Numbered from the stretch's first letter, positions 17,223 to 27,997 are shown. The stretch is 64,000 nt of DNA from an uncultured Thermococci archaeon (GCA_964549615.1 CAZJVP010000099.1:1-64000), one strand, 5' to 3'. The notes: generated by a model not told the origin, from the sequence alone. Numbers and translations are program-made.

Positions 17223-19489
17223 ATTCTCACCCCGCACGAGGAAAGCCTCGGCAGCTGCCAAGGATTCCTTGCAGACAACGCAGCGACGACGAGCAAGAAC
17301 CACCCCACCACGACCTGCAAGAGGTTATCCGTCCCCGCAGCACCGTACAAGATCAGGAATCCCACGACAAGCGGCAATGCCACGAAAACCAGCATATGCA
17401 GGGTCCTGTCCGCGTGGTCCGAGAGATAGTAGTTGAGAACTGAGGCAACCGCGTCGACCAGCTTGAGCGCCACCGTGATGACCGCCGCGATCACAAGCGC
17501 GGTTGGCAGGGTCCACAGCGATTTCATTATCTGCAGGTCGCCGACCCTAGCGAAAAGCCTAGACACGACGAGGAAAAGAACCGGGATCACCATTGCATTC
17601 CCCGCCCTTGAGTTGCGGGTGAGAATGAAGAACGCCCCTGCGAAGGCCAAGCTGGCAATCATCCCCCTGCTCAGCCAAGTCTCCAGGCTCTCTAGGCCAA
17701 GCGCGGCCATGATGACCCCGGCTGCCGATTCGTGGAACCGGTATTCGAAATCCATCAGGAAGTTAACGCTCGCCCTCGAGAAGTAGTCCTTCGGCGCGGT
17801 GTTTGGCGTCTCCCCGGAGATGAACCTGAAAAGCGTCGGTGCAGTCAGGGGGTTGGACACGAAGAGGTAGATGAGAAGGAGGCCAAATATTGCAAGCAGC
17901 GAGAAAGAGACCCTGAGCTTTGACCGAGATACAAACAGCAGCAGGACGACGCCCAGACCTAGCAATGCGAAGAACGCACGCGGGAAATTGCCTCCGGCAA
18001 AATAGGGACTGACGAGGGAGATCGCCGTGATCCCCCTGCCAAGCGGGCCGTGCCAGCCAAGGGGCATCCTAAGCAGGTAGCTTGAGGCAGTGTACAGGAC
18101 CACGCACAGGACGAAGAAGACGAAGAACGAGCCCAGGCACATCGCAAGCCTGTTGACGGATCTTGAGACCTTTTCCCGAAGGTGTAAGGCAAAGTATCCG
18201 GCTGACATGGCACCCATCATTATGGTCAAAAGCGAAAGGCCCACAATGATTATCAAGACCGGGAAGAAGGCCTTCCACCCAAGGCCGAGGCGGTTCTCCT
18301 TCTTCTTGGCCGCCTCGATGCGTTCGATCTCATCTCTTAGGAAGCCCACCTTGTCGGCACTCGGAAGCCGTCCCGTTCCGAGGCCGGCAAGAAAGTCCTG
18401 GTTGAGGGTCAGCGTTCCCTCCTCCAAGTAGACAGGAACCCCCCGATCGATCGCCGAAGCCAGCGCCGCTTTCCACCTCACGTCATCCTGCGCGAACTTG
18501 TAATCCTCTATGACGACCATATCGACAACGCCAAACTCGAGCATGAGCTCCAGCGCACGCTCAGTTCCGCGGATCACGCTGGCTGGGCCTTCCGAGAGCC
18601 CGAACACGTAGTCCCCCGAGGGGCCCGTCACGGCTACAATATTGACCCGCGGCGCAGGGCCCGCGAGGTACGACAGACCCACCGTGAGCGCGAAGAAGAC
18701 GCCGAACGCCGCCAGAACGACAGGCAGGCTTAGCCACCCAAACCGCCTCTCGACCCACCGTAGGACCTTTGACCTGAACAGACCGACAGCTTTCGATGAC
18801 GCTGCAAAGAACACCAGGACGATTGCAATGACCAGCATGAGAAGAAGCTCGATCGTCGCCCTCTTGGTCGCAGAGCTCTCAATGTAAATGAACCCGGAGC
18901 TCTGGTGGAACAGGTATAGGTTGCCCTGAATCGCCGGCAGAAGGGACGAGTAGCGAACCTTGGCATCCGGCGGTATGCGGATTGAGACGGTCATCGTAGC
19001 CGGGACGGTCTGGTTGACCAATTCGTCAACCTTCCAGCCAAGCTGGGCACGGCCAAAAAGCGCTTCGGGCGTCTGCGCGTATACCAACCTGCCCGTCTCA
19101 TCCCTGTAGCTACTGAAGTTCAGCCAGGACACCGAGCCGCGCTCAGGCCTGATGAACGTCACACGTTGGAGATAGGAAGCTTCTATCCTCTCCAGGATCA
19201 CCCCTTCGCTCATCACGGCCCCAGGGGGAATTGAAAGGCAGAACGAAACGTTGCTCACCGCATCGCTTCCGGACCAGAGTACGGCTATCGTCCGCTGGAC
19301 TGGGATGTCGAAGCTGGTCACCTGGAGAAGGGATACGACTATGTAGGTCGGGATCTTGTCTGGGAAGAGGATGGTCACGTTGTCAACGATCTGCGTTCTC
19401 TTGACCTCCGCCCCGTAAGCGGCCGAACTCGCCAGCGCCAGGATCATGATGCAGGCACATATCTTCCCCCAAGGGCGTCGGTCATGCAT
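17219..19489 (-). CDS. large membrane protein: signal peptide, extracellular beta-rich domain, ~12 TM
   Basis: MHDRRPWGKICACIMILALASSAAYGA signal peptide and many hydrophobic segments. ATG 19489 preferred over 19672. Confidence 0.75.
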   Translation of the reverse strand: MHDRRPWGKICACIMILALASSAAYGAEVKRTQIVDNVTILFPDKIPTYIVVSLLQVTSFDIPVQRTIAVLWSGSDAVSNVSFCLSIPPGAVMSEGVILERIEASYLQRVTFIRPERGSVSWLNFSSYRDETGRLVYAQTPEALFGRAQLGWKVDELVNQTVPATMTVSIRIPPDAKVRYSSLLPAIQGNLYLFHQSSGFIYIESSATKRATIELLLMLVIAIVLVFFAASSKAVGLFRSKVLRWVERRFGWLSLPVVLAAFGVFFALTVGLSYLAGPAPRVNIVAVTGPSGDYVFGLSEGPASVIRGTERALELMLEFGVVDMVVIEDYKFAQDDVRWKAALASAIDRGVPVYLEEGTLTLNQDFLAGLGTGRLPSADKVGFLRDEIERIEAAKKKENRLGLGWKAFFPVLIIIVGLSLLTIMMGAMSAGYFALHLREKVSRSVNRLAMCLGSFFVFFVLCVVLYTASSYLLRMPLGWHGPLGRGITAISLVSPYFAGGNFPRAFFALLGLGVVLLLFVSRSKLRVSFSLLAIFGLLLIYLFVSNPLTAPTLFRFISGETPNTAPKDYFSRASVNFLMDFEYRFHESAAGVIMAALGLESLETWLSRGMIASLAFAGAFFILTRNSRAGNAMVIPVLFLVVSRLFARVGDLQIMKSLWTLPTALVIAAVITVALKLVDAVASVLNYYLSDHADRTLHMLVFVALPLVVGFLILYGAAGTDNLLQVVVGWFLLVVAALSARNPWQLPRLSSCGVRM

Positions 19490-19695
19490 GGGGAATCCTG
19501 TGCCACGGAAGGGTTCGGGCCTTATTGAACCTCCAGTGGAATCGTTCAGATGGATTCTGATGGGGGGAACCGCCCCAGGAGCCAGGCCGGGCTGCATCCG
19601 CGGATCCAGGGGGATGGATGAGCATGGCGACTTCCCCACCTGAAGAGTCAGGAAAGTGAAGAGTTTTTTCAAGCGCGACGGGTCATCCCAAGCGT

Positions 19696-20679
19696 TTGAC
19701 GGGACGAGAGCTCGCCTTCAGCATCGGAAGAGTCATAATACGTCTTCCCGGCTGCTCCCGGCTCCGGGTTCCCGTCGGCCACGCGGACCGATCCGAGAGC
19801 CCGGCAGCGGTTGAGATCGGACTGCGCGAGAGGGCTAACCTTGCGCCCATGCCGGGTGAGGCGTTCGGCCCATGCATCGCGGGTGAGGGCGCGGTAAGCA
19901 TGCTCGGACCCGGGGGCCGATGGCTGGTGGTCTCGTTTGAGCCACAAGGCCTGCTTGGGTCGTCTGCAATCCAAGTCGAGTACGACCCTAGGATACCCGT
20001 TGCATGGCTTCTCGAGCACCTGCTGGAACCCCTCGCCTTCCTGATCAATCTGAGGCACGACATGGCATTCGTTCACGCCGCAGGTCTGGAGATCGAGGGG
20101 AGGGGCGTAATTCTGGCAGGATGGACCCGGGCAGGCAAGACGCAGCTCCTGCTGCACTTCCTTGAGAGAGGAGACGCGGCACTATCCGATGACTGGACCG
20201 GCGTTGCGGAAGGGAAGATCTGGCCCTACCGGAAGTATCTAAAGCTGTCTCCGCAGAACCTCTCTGCACGCCCCGATCTGGGCAGAAAGGCATTGACGAT
20301 CTCCGGCTCTGCGTACCTCGATCCGGCATCCATCGGGGCAAGGATCGCGACTGCGACAATGCCGACCCATTGCGTGATGATCCACAGGTTCGACGGCACC
20401 GGGGTGCACGTGGCGGGTTCGAGCATCCAACTCCAGATCGAGAGGATGCTTGCGGTCCTATCGTACACGATCCTGCACTACACGGGCGCTGTCTTTGCCG
20501 CGGCCCAACTTCGAGGTGGAGTGGAAATGGAAGAGGTAACGCGACTCGTCACCGACAAGGCACGGCCTCTCTTGCAATCCTCGCTTTCAGGATGCCGGGC
20601 GCACGAGGTTGCATGTGGCCACCAGTCTAATGACATGCTCGTCAACGCCATACACAACTGCATAGGAAATCTCAGATGA
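19696..20679 (+). CDS. HPr kinase-related P-loop protein 1
   Basis: FVHAAGL...GRGVILAGWTRAGKT...LSDDW. Confidence 0.75.
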   Translation: MTGRELAFSIGRVIIRLPGCSRLRVPVGHADRSESPAAVEIGLRERANLAPMPGEAFGPCIAGEGAVSMLGPGGRWLVVSFEPQGLLGSSAIQVEYDPRIPVAWLLEHLLEPLAFLINLRHDMAFVHAAGLEIEGRGVILAGWTRAGKTQLLLHFLERGDAALSDDWTGVAEGKIWPYRKYLKLSPQNLSARPDLGRKALTISGSAYLDPASIGARIATATMPTHCVMIHRFDGTGVHVAGSSIQLQIERMLAVLSYTILHYTGAVFAAAQLRGGVEMEEVTRLVTDKARPLLQSSLSGCRAHEVACGHQSNDMLVNAIHNCIGNLR

Positions 20680-21719
20680 TGAAGCAGGTCAACCTCTTGG
20701 TTCATGGTGTACCCGTCAAGCTTACCACGGATGATCCGGACTTCTTCGAGTACGTTAGGGACAACATGTTCTTGTTCATCTCAGACTCGTCGGCCGAACC
20801 CGCAATGGAAATAACCTACAGGAATCTTGGCAAGGGGCACTATACGATCCAGCCGGAGTCCGACATGGAGAGAATCGGCCTCGAGCTTTGGCAGGGACCA
20901 CGCTCGATACTCCAACGGAGGCGAGGGCTAGAGACACTCTGCAGATCGCTTGAGGGAGGACGGCTCTCGATCGAGGCGCGCTTCCATACGCTGCGCGAAC
21001 GTTCTAGGCTCCGAAGCCTGGCTCGCGGGATAGCCAGGAGAGGAATGGATGAAGAGAAGAGGAGACACGAAACATGCCATTATGTCGCAAGGCAGTGTTT
21101 GCACCTGCCGCTCTTCAAGACTCTTCTGGAGAGAAGGGGCCTTGCTCTCATCCACGCTTCTTCGGTGGCCAGGAATGGCAAGGCGCTCATCTTCGCTGGC
21201 CTCGGCGGCAGTGGGAAGAGCACGCTTGCCGCATTCTTCTGCGCGAACAAAGGCTGGTCACGCATGAGCGACAACTTCACCCTGGTGTGTGGCGACCGCG
21301 TTTTCGCATATCCAGAAAGCCCTAGGATATCGGCAGATATGATGAACTTGCTGGCGGGTTCCCACCAAGGAAGGGAGGTATACGGGAAGGTTCATTTATC
21401 GGAAGTGGCCTCCAAAATCCCGGAGACCGCGGAGATCTCCGCGATCTACCTGATATCGCTCGGCGAGTCGGCCAAGATCCGACCGATCTCGGCACAGGAA
21501 TGCCTGGCCAGGATCGAGGCGATGAACGATTATCTCGCCGAGTTCCCTGAACATACCTATCTGAGGTTCCTTGGCGAGGACGATCCCCGAGCTCACAACA
21601 GAAAGGTCGTGGCCGAGCTTCTTGGGCGATCGCGGACCTATAGGCTCGTCCAGTCATGGGACGCTGATTTGGACGAAACTTACCGACTCATCGAGGGGAC
21701 CTTCCCTGGGACCGAATGA
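20676..21719 (+). CDS. HPr kinase-related P-loop protein 2
   Basis: LIHASSV..NGKALIFAGLGGSGKST...MSDN; ATGA overlap with the previous gene. Confidence 0.8.
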   Translation: MMKQVNLLVHGVPVKLTTDDPDFFEYVRDNMFLFISDSSAEPAMEITYRNLGKGHYTIQPESDMERIGLELWQGPRSILQRRRGLETLCRSLEGGRLSIEARFHTLRERSRLRSLARGIARRGMDEEKRRHETCHYVARQCLHLPLFKTLLERRGLALIHASSVARNGKALIFAGLGGSGKSTLAAFFCANKGWSRMSDNFTLVCGDRVFAYPESPRISADMMNLLAGSHQGREVYGKVHLSEVASKIPETAEISAIYLISLGESAKIRPISAQECLARIEAMNDYLAEFPEHTYLRFLGEDDPRAHNRKVVAELLGRSRTYRLVQSWDADLDETYRLIEGTFPGTE

Positions 21720-22800
21720 GACGACCATTGGGAATGTCCGGATAGCGGGCGACATCGGCGTGCAAGCGCGCCTAGTGGAGATGCTGTCAGCAGCGTCCGA
21801 ATTCGTGCGTGAAGGCCAGTGCAATAGGAGGATCACGGTCACGGATGCGCCTTTCCAGGCCGGGCAGACCATGTACCAGATGGGGCTTGAGGGAAGCTTT
21901 GCGGAGGAGGTAGTCGAGATCAGGCTTGGCGGCCGCAGACTCGTGGTCGAAGACGATGGCGAACGGCTTACCATACACACCGAGTTCGTTCGGCCGCTAC
22001 CGTTTCTTCTGCCTCTAGTGCTCTCAAACGTGGACGGCTGTCAGATCGCCCCGGTCCACGCCTGTGCGGCCAGCTTCAGGGAGAAGGGCGTGCTGATTGC
22101 CGGGCCCGGTGGGTCAGGAAGGACGGGCCTGCTCTTGAAGCTTCTCGAGCAAGGCGCTGGGTTCGTATCTGAGGATAGCTGCCTACTTTCCTCCGACGGG
22201 CATATCCTGAGCACCGGCCCGAGGATGATCCTGCAGTCCGAGATAGGCAAAGATGGGCGGCTGAAGGACAACCTATCCCTACTTTTGCGCTCACATAAGC
22301 TCACGGGAAATGTGCTGTTCAGGCTCAGCGCGCTGCGGATCATCTCGGGCATCGCGTCCATCAGCTCGAGGAGGCCGCTCTCAAGGGTTGTGAGGCGGCT
22401 CTCGAACGCACTTCGCGTCTCGTTGGAAGTGGACTCAAGGGAGCTTTGGAGAGGACGTTGGGTTCCGACATGCAGGTTGGATGCGGTCCTTCATCTCTCG
22501 GTGCATCCTTGGGAGAACGGCAAGATCCAGCAGGTGTCGCCCCAGGAAATGGCGACGAGGCTCTTGGCGATCAACCGTTTGGAGTTGAAGGAGTACCTGG
22601 AGCTCATCCAGATTCATCGCTTCGCAAGGCCGGATGTGGGCCCAAGACTCGCGGAAAGCTTCATGACATACGAGCGGGTAATCTCGGCTGGAGTGAGCGG
22701 GGCAGCTTGCTTCGTGTTAAGCGGACCCAAACGCAAGGTCCAACAGATGGCCTTAAGCCTAGTGGAGACTAGGTTCCTTGGCGTCGGTGGTCAGAATTGA
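21706..22800 (+). CDS. HPr kinase-related P-loop protein 3 (Walker A K->R)
   Basis: PVHACA....KGVLIAGPGGSGRT...VSED; probable CTG start at 21706 after GAGGGG. Confidence 0.72.
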   Translation: MGPNETTIGNVRIAGDIGVQARLVEMLSAASEFVREGQCNRRITVTDAPFQAGQTMYQMGLEGSFAEEVVEIRLGGRRLVVEDDGERLTIHTEFVRPLPFLLPLVLSNVDGCQIAPVHACAASFREKGVLIAGPGGSGRTGLLLKLLEQGAGFVSEDSCLLSSDGHILSTGPRMILQSEIGKDGRLKDNLSLLLRSHKLTGNVLFRLSALRIISGIASISSRRPLSRVVRRLSNALRVSLEVDSRELWRGRWVPTCRLDAVLHLSVHPWENGKIQQVSPQEMATRLLAINRLELKEYLELIQIHRFARPDVGPRLAESFMTYERVISAGVSGAACFVLSGPKRKVQQMALSLVETRFLGVGGQN

Positions 22801-23759
22801 AGGGTGAAAGCGAGTTCGTCTCACTGGTCGTGGTGAGCAAGGAGTACGATGCCGACCTTGAGGAATGCTTGGAATGCACGAGGCACCAGACAAGGGCGTT
22901 CGACGAGATCATCGTCTGCATCTCTTCGGACAGCGAGCAGGCGAGGAAGCGATGGCCGCAGGTCACATTCATCGCCAAACCCGCCGGTCGATCTAAGGCG
23001 AGGAACATAGCATGGAAGGCTTCCAAGGGCTCGATCGTCTGCTTCTGGGAAGCGGACTCGATCTTCAACGACGAGTGGTTGCGAGAAGTCCTGAATACGT
23101 TCGCTCTCGGGGCGGATGCGGTCATAGACAGGAGAAGAAGCTACTGCCCGAAGGGCTACTTTCAGCGGTCGTGGGATAGAGGGCTTGATCTCCGTTATGC
23201 CAGGTATGTGCCGTTCTCGGCCTGGGCCTTTAGAAGGAACGTCCTTGTTGACACTGAAGGTTTCGACGAAAGCCTCGACTACGCAGAGGACACCGATCTC
23301 GGCCTGAGGCTCAAAGCAAAGGGATACAAGATACTGCTTGCGGATAAGGCCGTCCAATGGCACAAGGGGGAGCCGAGGAGTCCACTGTCCATGATGCGAA
23401 GGCGGTTCACCTTCGGGTACAAGAAGACCTTGGGGTTCTACCGAAAGCACCCGGACCTATTCCCCACAGGCACATCGCTCTTGACGGTCCTTTGCCTATC
23501 TGGAGCGGCTGTCTTGGTGGTTCTCGGAAGACTGGTCTTGCTTGCGCTTGTGGCGGCAGTCGGCTTCACGGTGGCTTTCGCTGTGGAAGCGCGAGAGTCG
23601 TGGGGCATCCTGCGTTTGCGCCACGTTCCTAGCCTCACTGCGATCCGGCTTTCGGGGGCGGCCTGTTACCACATTGGGGCCGTACTCGGCCTGGCAACGA
23701 GAGCCTTCAGGAGACCTAGCATTCCATGGCCGGCAAAGGGGAGGCTGGCGGGGGGTTGA
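22797..23759 (+). CDS. GT2 family glycosyltransferase with C-terminal TM
   Basis: ARN......G..V.FWEADS, GFDE.L.YAEDTDL..RL. Confidence 0.85.
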   Translation: MKGESEFVSLVVVSKEYDADLEECLECTRHQTRAFDEIIVCISSDSEQARKRWPQVTFIAKPAGRSKARNIAWKASKGSIVCFWEADSIFNDEWLREVLNTFALGADAVIDRRRSYCPKGYFQRSWDRGLDLRYARYVPFSAWAFRRNVLVDTEGFDESLDYAEDTDLGLRLKAKGYKILLADKAVQWHKGEPRSPLSMMRRRFTFGYKKTLGFYRKHPDLFPTGTSLLTVLCLSGAAVLVVLGRLVLLALVAAVGFTVAFAVEARESWGILRLRHVPSLTAIRLSGAACYHIGAVLGLATRAFRRPSIPWPAKGRLAGG

Positions 23760-24937
23760 GGATACTCTACGTTGCCACCGACGTCGCGGTGCCCGGCACG
23801 AAGGGCTCCAGCACGCACACCATCGAGCTCTCCTCCGGCCTTGCGGCCCTGGGCGCCGAGGTTATCGTGCTCTCGCGCAGGACATCGAGGCAGCAGAGCG
23901 AGGAGGAAACCCTAGATCGGGTGCTCTTCCGCCGGGTCTTCAGGGGCATCGTGCATCCCCTGGAGGGCGTGGGGGCACGTCCCGGAACAGCCAGTCGCCG
24001 TGCCGGCCTGAAAGGGCGCATCTACGATGCGTATCTCTGGTTGATCCATTCCACCTATTGCGGGGCCTTGGCAACCAGGATCATCCGGAAGAACAGAATA
24101 GACATCATACTCGAGAGGGGATCGTCTCTGGGAGCCGGCGCGATCGCTTCGAAGCTCACAGGGAAGCCATTGGTCCTCGAGGTCATCGACCGGAGGCATT
24201 CGAGGCTTAGCCTGAAACTTGCCAGGAAAACGATTGCGTACAGGCGCGAGATACTCAAGGCCGACCTTCCCCCGGACATGCTCGCGATAATCCCGGCCGG
24301 CGCGAACACGGAGCTATTCAAGGAATCCCGAAAGCAGGAGATCGACCTTGTGGGATATGCTGGAAGCTTCCGCGCGTGGCACGGCGTAGAAGATCTCGTC
24401 AGAGCCGGCCGGGCACTCAGGGACATGGGGCAGGTTGCCCGGTTCATCATGGTGGGCCCCGGATGCGAAGAAGCGGTGCGTCTCGCCGAGACGCTGGGCG
24501 TCACGGATGCATTCACATTCACCGGGGCCCTGCCCTACGAGCAGATCCCAAGACAGCTCGCTAGGTGTGCAATGCTCGTTGCCCCGTTTAACCCCTCCAA
24601 AGACCCGTACATGAGGAAACACGGCTTCATTTTTTCGCCGCTCAAGATCTTCGAGTACATGGCGATGGGCAAGCCGGTCGTCGCGACCGACGTGGAGAAG
24701 GTGAGGGACGTCGTATGGAACCTCAGGACGGGGATTCTGGTGCAGCCGGGCGATCCGAAGTCACTCGCAGACGCGCTGGACATGTTGATAAGGAATCCTG
24801 ACACCGGCATACGTATGGGCAGGCTGGCTAGGAAGACGATCGTCAGCCACTACTCCTGGAGGAGGCTTTCCCAGCTGATCCTCGCCATACTTGCGGGAAG
24901 CATCGGCAAACGATCGGGAGCGGAGTTGTCCGGTTGA
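23756..24937 (+). CDS. GT4 family glycosyltransferase
   Basis: G.STH..EL, GYAGSFRAWHGVE, SPLKIFEYMAMGKPVVAT. Confidence 0.88.
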   Translation: MRILYVATDVAVPGTKGSSTHTIELSSGLAALGAEVIVLSRRTSRQQSEEETLDRVLFRRVFRGIVHPLEGVGARPGTASRRAGLKGRIYDAYLWLIHSTYCGALATRIIRKNRIDIILERGSSLGAGAIASKLTGKPLVLEVIDRRHSRLSLKLARKTIAYRREILKADLPPDMLAIIPAGANTELFKESRKQEIDLVGYAGSFRAWHGVEDLVRAGRALRDMGQVARFIMVGPGCEEAVRLAETLGVTDAFTFTGALPYEQIPRQLARCAMLVAPFNPSKDPYMRKHGFIFSPLKIFEYMAMGKPVVATDVEKVRDVVWNLRTGILVQPGDPKSLADALDMLIRNPDTGIRMGRLARKTIVSHYSWRRLSQLILAILAGSIGKRSGAELSG

Positions 24938-26058
24938 GAATCTCCTTCCTGCTATGGCAGTACAGCACATTTCCCCCGGATTTCCCTCAAGGAGCCCTGG
25001 GAGGAGCGGAAAGCGCCACCTGGCACCTCGCCGAGAAGCTCTCAGCCCGCCACGATGTCGAGATCATCTGCCGCGGGGCCAAGAATGAAAGCCAAGAGAT
25101 AGGTAAGGTCAGCTTGGTTAGGGTCGCAACGGGAATGCCCTCCAAATGGTTGGAGGGGGACGAATACTACAGGCGGGCAATGGCCCATTCATCAGAACGC
25201 GACTTCGTGGTGGCCGTAACGTGCATAGAACCGGCGCTCTACTCAGACCGCGTTGCGCTCCACTTAGAAAACGATCTGGCGCTGTACCTCCCTTTCCCTC
25301 GAGCGAAAGCAAGGATCTATCTCAGGAAGCTGAACAGGATAAGGGCGGTGTCGGGCGTGAGCAACCACGTGTCAAGGAGATTTGCCGCCGAGTTCGACTA
25401 CGATGGGAGGATCACGACCATCCTCAACGGAGCCGACTGCGAGCTGTTCAATCCGAAAATGCGTGACAGGGACTACGTCCGCGCCCAGTACGGCGTGCAG
25501 GACACAGATATTGTCCTTGTCTACGCCGGGGCAATCCATGAGAGAAAGGGGCTCCACGTCCTGCTAGACGCCATGCAGGGGCTGGGCGACCCCGACCTGC
25601 GGCTCCTTGTCTTGGGCGGCCTCATATACTCGAAAAAAAGGAGCGGCGACGCAGTTTATATGCAGGAGCAGGTAGAAAGGATGCGATCGATCCCCGGCGC
25701 CCAGCTGGTTGGGCCCGTATCGAAGTCCGAGATGGCGAGGATCCTTGCGTCGTCCGACATCTTTGTCTGCCCATCGATATGGCAGGACCCATGCCCTCTG
25801 GTGTGCGCCGAGGCCCAGGCCTCGGGCCTGCCGGTCGTCGGGTTCGACCGAGGAGGCATTCCGGAGCTTGTTGAGAACGGCGGCACAGGCTTGATATCGC
25901 CGGTGAGCGTGGAGCATCTCCGAGACAGTATTCGGAGGATTTGCGATGATCCACGATCCAGAAGGCGAATGGGCAAATCTGCCAGGATTCGGGCTGAGAG
26001 GTTCCTTGAATGGCGAACGCTTGCAACCAAAATGGAGAAGGTCCTCCAAGACCTCTGA
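24934..26058 (+). CDS. GT4 family glycosyltransferase
   Basis: GGAE, YAG.I.ERKG, PS.WQDP.PLV..EAQASGLPVV. Confidence 0.88.
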   Translation: MRISFLLWQYSTFPPDFPQGALGGAESATWHLAEKLSARHDVEIICRGAKNESQEIGKVSLVRVATGMPSKWLEGDEYYRRAMAHSSERDFVVAVTCIEPALYSDRVALHLENDLALYLPFPRAKARIYLRKLNRIRAVSGVSNHVSRRFAAEFDYDGRITTILNGADCELFNPKMRDRDYVRAQYGVQDTDIVLVYAGAIHERKGLHVLLDAMQGLGDPDLRLLVLGGLIYSKKRSGDAVYMQEQVERMRSIPGAQLVGPVSKSEMARILASSDIFVCPSIWQDPCPLVCAEAQASGLPVVGFDRGGIPELVENGGTGLISPVSVEHLRDSIRRICDDPRSRRRMGKSARIRAERFLEWRTLATKMEKVLQDL

Positions 26059-26220
26059 AGATCAATCTGCGACAGCGAGCGTAGCTGGCGATAGCTCCTC
26101 GATGGCCCCACGCTCGGCGCCCGACGATTGGGCCTGGAGCACGAACAAATGCCTGCTTCGGTGATGTCGCAACAAAAACAAGGGGCGAAGCGCTGCGCCC
26201 GGCTGACAACCGCGCTTGCG

Positions 26221-27020
26221 CTAGTAGCCTTTGATGCCATATTTCCTGAACCTATAGTCGAAGTACCTCACAGCTATGATTGGCAGAATCAGGGCAAGGA
26301 CCGCGAGGTACAAGAATGAGAGAAACAGGTCCATTTTTGGACCTTCTATGAACGCGGATCGAAGAAGTTGGACGCCATGGTACGCGGGATTTATGATGGC
26401 GAGAGGTCGAAGGACCTTAGGGATGACATCGATCGGATAGTAGACGCACGCAAAGATTGTAACGCCCCTCGGAGCCCACGCCCTTATGAGAGAGGCCTGC
26501 CCCTCCTCAGACAATTCGATCGCGGTCACAATGAAGTCAAGGCTAATGAAGATGGACATGACGAAGAAGAGCGCTACCACCCCCATCACAAGCCGAGCGT
26601 ATGACAGGATCGCCGGACGTAGGAACAGCAGGAGAAGCACATGCGGCACAGCCGAAAGCAGGCCAAATACGACCGCATTTAAGGCCTTTCCTGCAAGGAG
26701 GTATATCCTGCTTACCGGCGCCAACATCACTCCCTGCAGCGTGAGCATCATCTTCTCAAAGACCAGCGTTGTTCTTCGCCAACACTCGTGAGAGAACAGA
26801 TAGGCCAAGGACCCCACGATCAGGTAAACCAGGTAGTTGTGCTTGTTTACGTAGGCTATGTCGTTCACCTTTCCCACGAAGAAGACGGCCGAGTAGGTCA
26901 CCAACAGCCCTATCATTCCTAGGAAGGGGTTCACTATGTCCCCGAGAATCACGGATCTGAACCTATAGGTGTTCTTCAGATCCTTTACGAAGAAAAGCCA
27001 AGCAAGGCCGACCGAGCTAA
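26221..27020 (-). CDS. ABC-2 type transporter permease (start uncertain)
   Basis: Y..YL..G, MLAPVSR..L..GK, YYPI..IP......INP. The frame extends upstream of GTG 26952 (LAWLFFVKDLKNTYRF) to the ATPase stop. Confidence 0.8.
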
Positions 27021-27997
27021 CCTTTCTTCGTGAAATGCACGAACACCTCCTCCAACGAGGGTCTCAACAGCCTTACTTCCTTGATCGGTATGGCCATCTC
27101 CCCGATCTCCCTGAGAACTTGCCCCACCTGCGCTTCGCTCTCGATGGAAATCCTTGCCACCGCGTCTTTGACTTCCACCTTGGGAAATGCCTTCTCTATC
27201 CGACTGACGAGGGACCTGTCCGTCTCAACCTCCAGCCTGAGCTTGGAGGTAACAACTCTCTCAAGGTTCCTCGGCGTGTCCACAGCTACGAGCCTTCCCT
27301 GCCTCATTATGCCTATCCTGTCGCACAGGGTCTCTGCCTCAAGCATGTAGTGTGTGCAGAGGAGCACCGTCATCCCCTTCTCTTCCCTTGCCCTTCTGAT
27401 CATGGATCTAAGCTTGACTGAGATAGCCGGGTCCAGTCCTAAGGTCGGTTCGTCCAAGAATACGATGGGAGGATCATGTATCATGCCGCGCATCAATGCG
27501 AGTTTGCATTTCATCCCCCACGAGTAGGTTTCGACTCGCTGGTCAATGTGATCACCTACCTCGAAGAATCCCGCAAGTTCGTCGATCCTGCGGTCTAGGT
27601 CCTCTAAACCGTAGAGCTTGCCGTAGAATCTCAGATTATCGCGACCCGTCAGTCTGTGGTAGTTCATCTGTGGCCCAAGAACAACGCCGATGCTCTTCCT
27701 TACCTGCCAAGCTTCCTCTCTGACGCTGAAACCATTGACCCAAGCCTCACCCGAGTCGGGCTCGAGCAGAGTTGTTAGCATCTTAATGGTCGTCGTCTTT
27801 CCCGCGCCATTAGGGCCAAGAAGGCCGAATATCTCCCCCGTCTTCACCGAAAGGTCGAGATCTTGGACCGCCGCTATCGTGGCGACCCTCTCGCGGACCC
27901 GGATGTTAGGATGCCTACCGGCCAGCTCTCTTGCAACCCCACCTTCCAGTACAAACGACTTGTTGAGATGTCTGCAGAGAATCGCTTCCTCCGTCAA
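27017..27997 (-). CDS. ABC transporter ATP-binding protein (DrrA/NodI-like)
   Basis: GPNGAGKTT, YSWGM signature, FLDEPT.GLDP, THYM.EAE.LCDR, PSLEEVF. Confidence 0.93.
   Translation of the reverse strand: MTEEAILCRHLNKSFVLEGGVARELAGRHPNIRVRERVATIAAVQDLDLSVKTGEIFGLLGPNGAGKTTTIKMLTTLLEPDSGEAWVNGFSVREEAWQVRKSIGVVLGPQMNYHRLTGRDNLRFYGKLYGLEDLDRRIDELAGFFEVGDHIDQRVETYSWGMKCKLALMRGMIHDPPIVFLDEPTLGLDPAISVKLRSMIRRAREEKGMTVLLCTHYMLEAETLCDRIGIMRQGRLVAVDTPRNLERVVTSKLRLEVETDRSLVSRIEKAFPKVEVKDAVARISIESEAQVGQVLREIGEMAIPIKEVRLLRPSLEEVFVHFTKKG

Noticed and set aside
19696-22800. True HPr kinase, or a lasso-peptide/RiPP cluster
   Set aside because: No HPr/PTS genes, lasso cyclase, peptidase, PqqD domain or precursor peptide in the window.
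26221-27997. Wzm/Wzt polysaccharide exporter
   Set aside because: The ATPase is DrrA/NodI-like (LDEPT.GLDP, PSLEEVF), not Wzt-like; the substrate is unknown.
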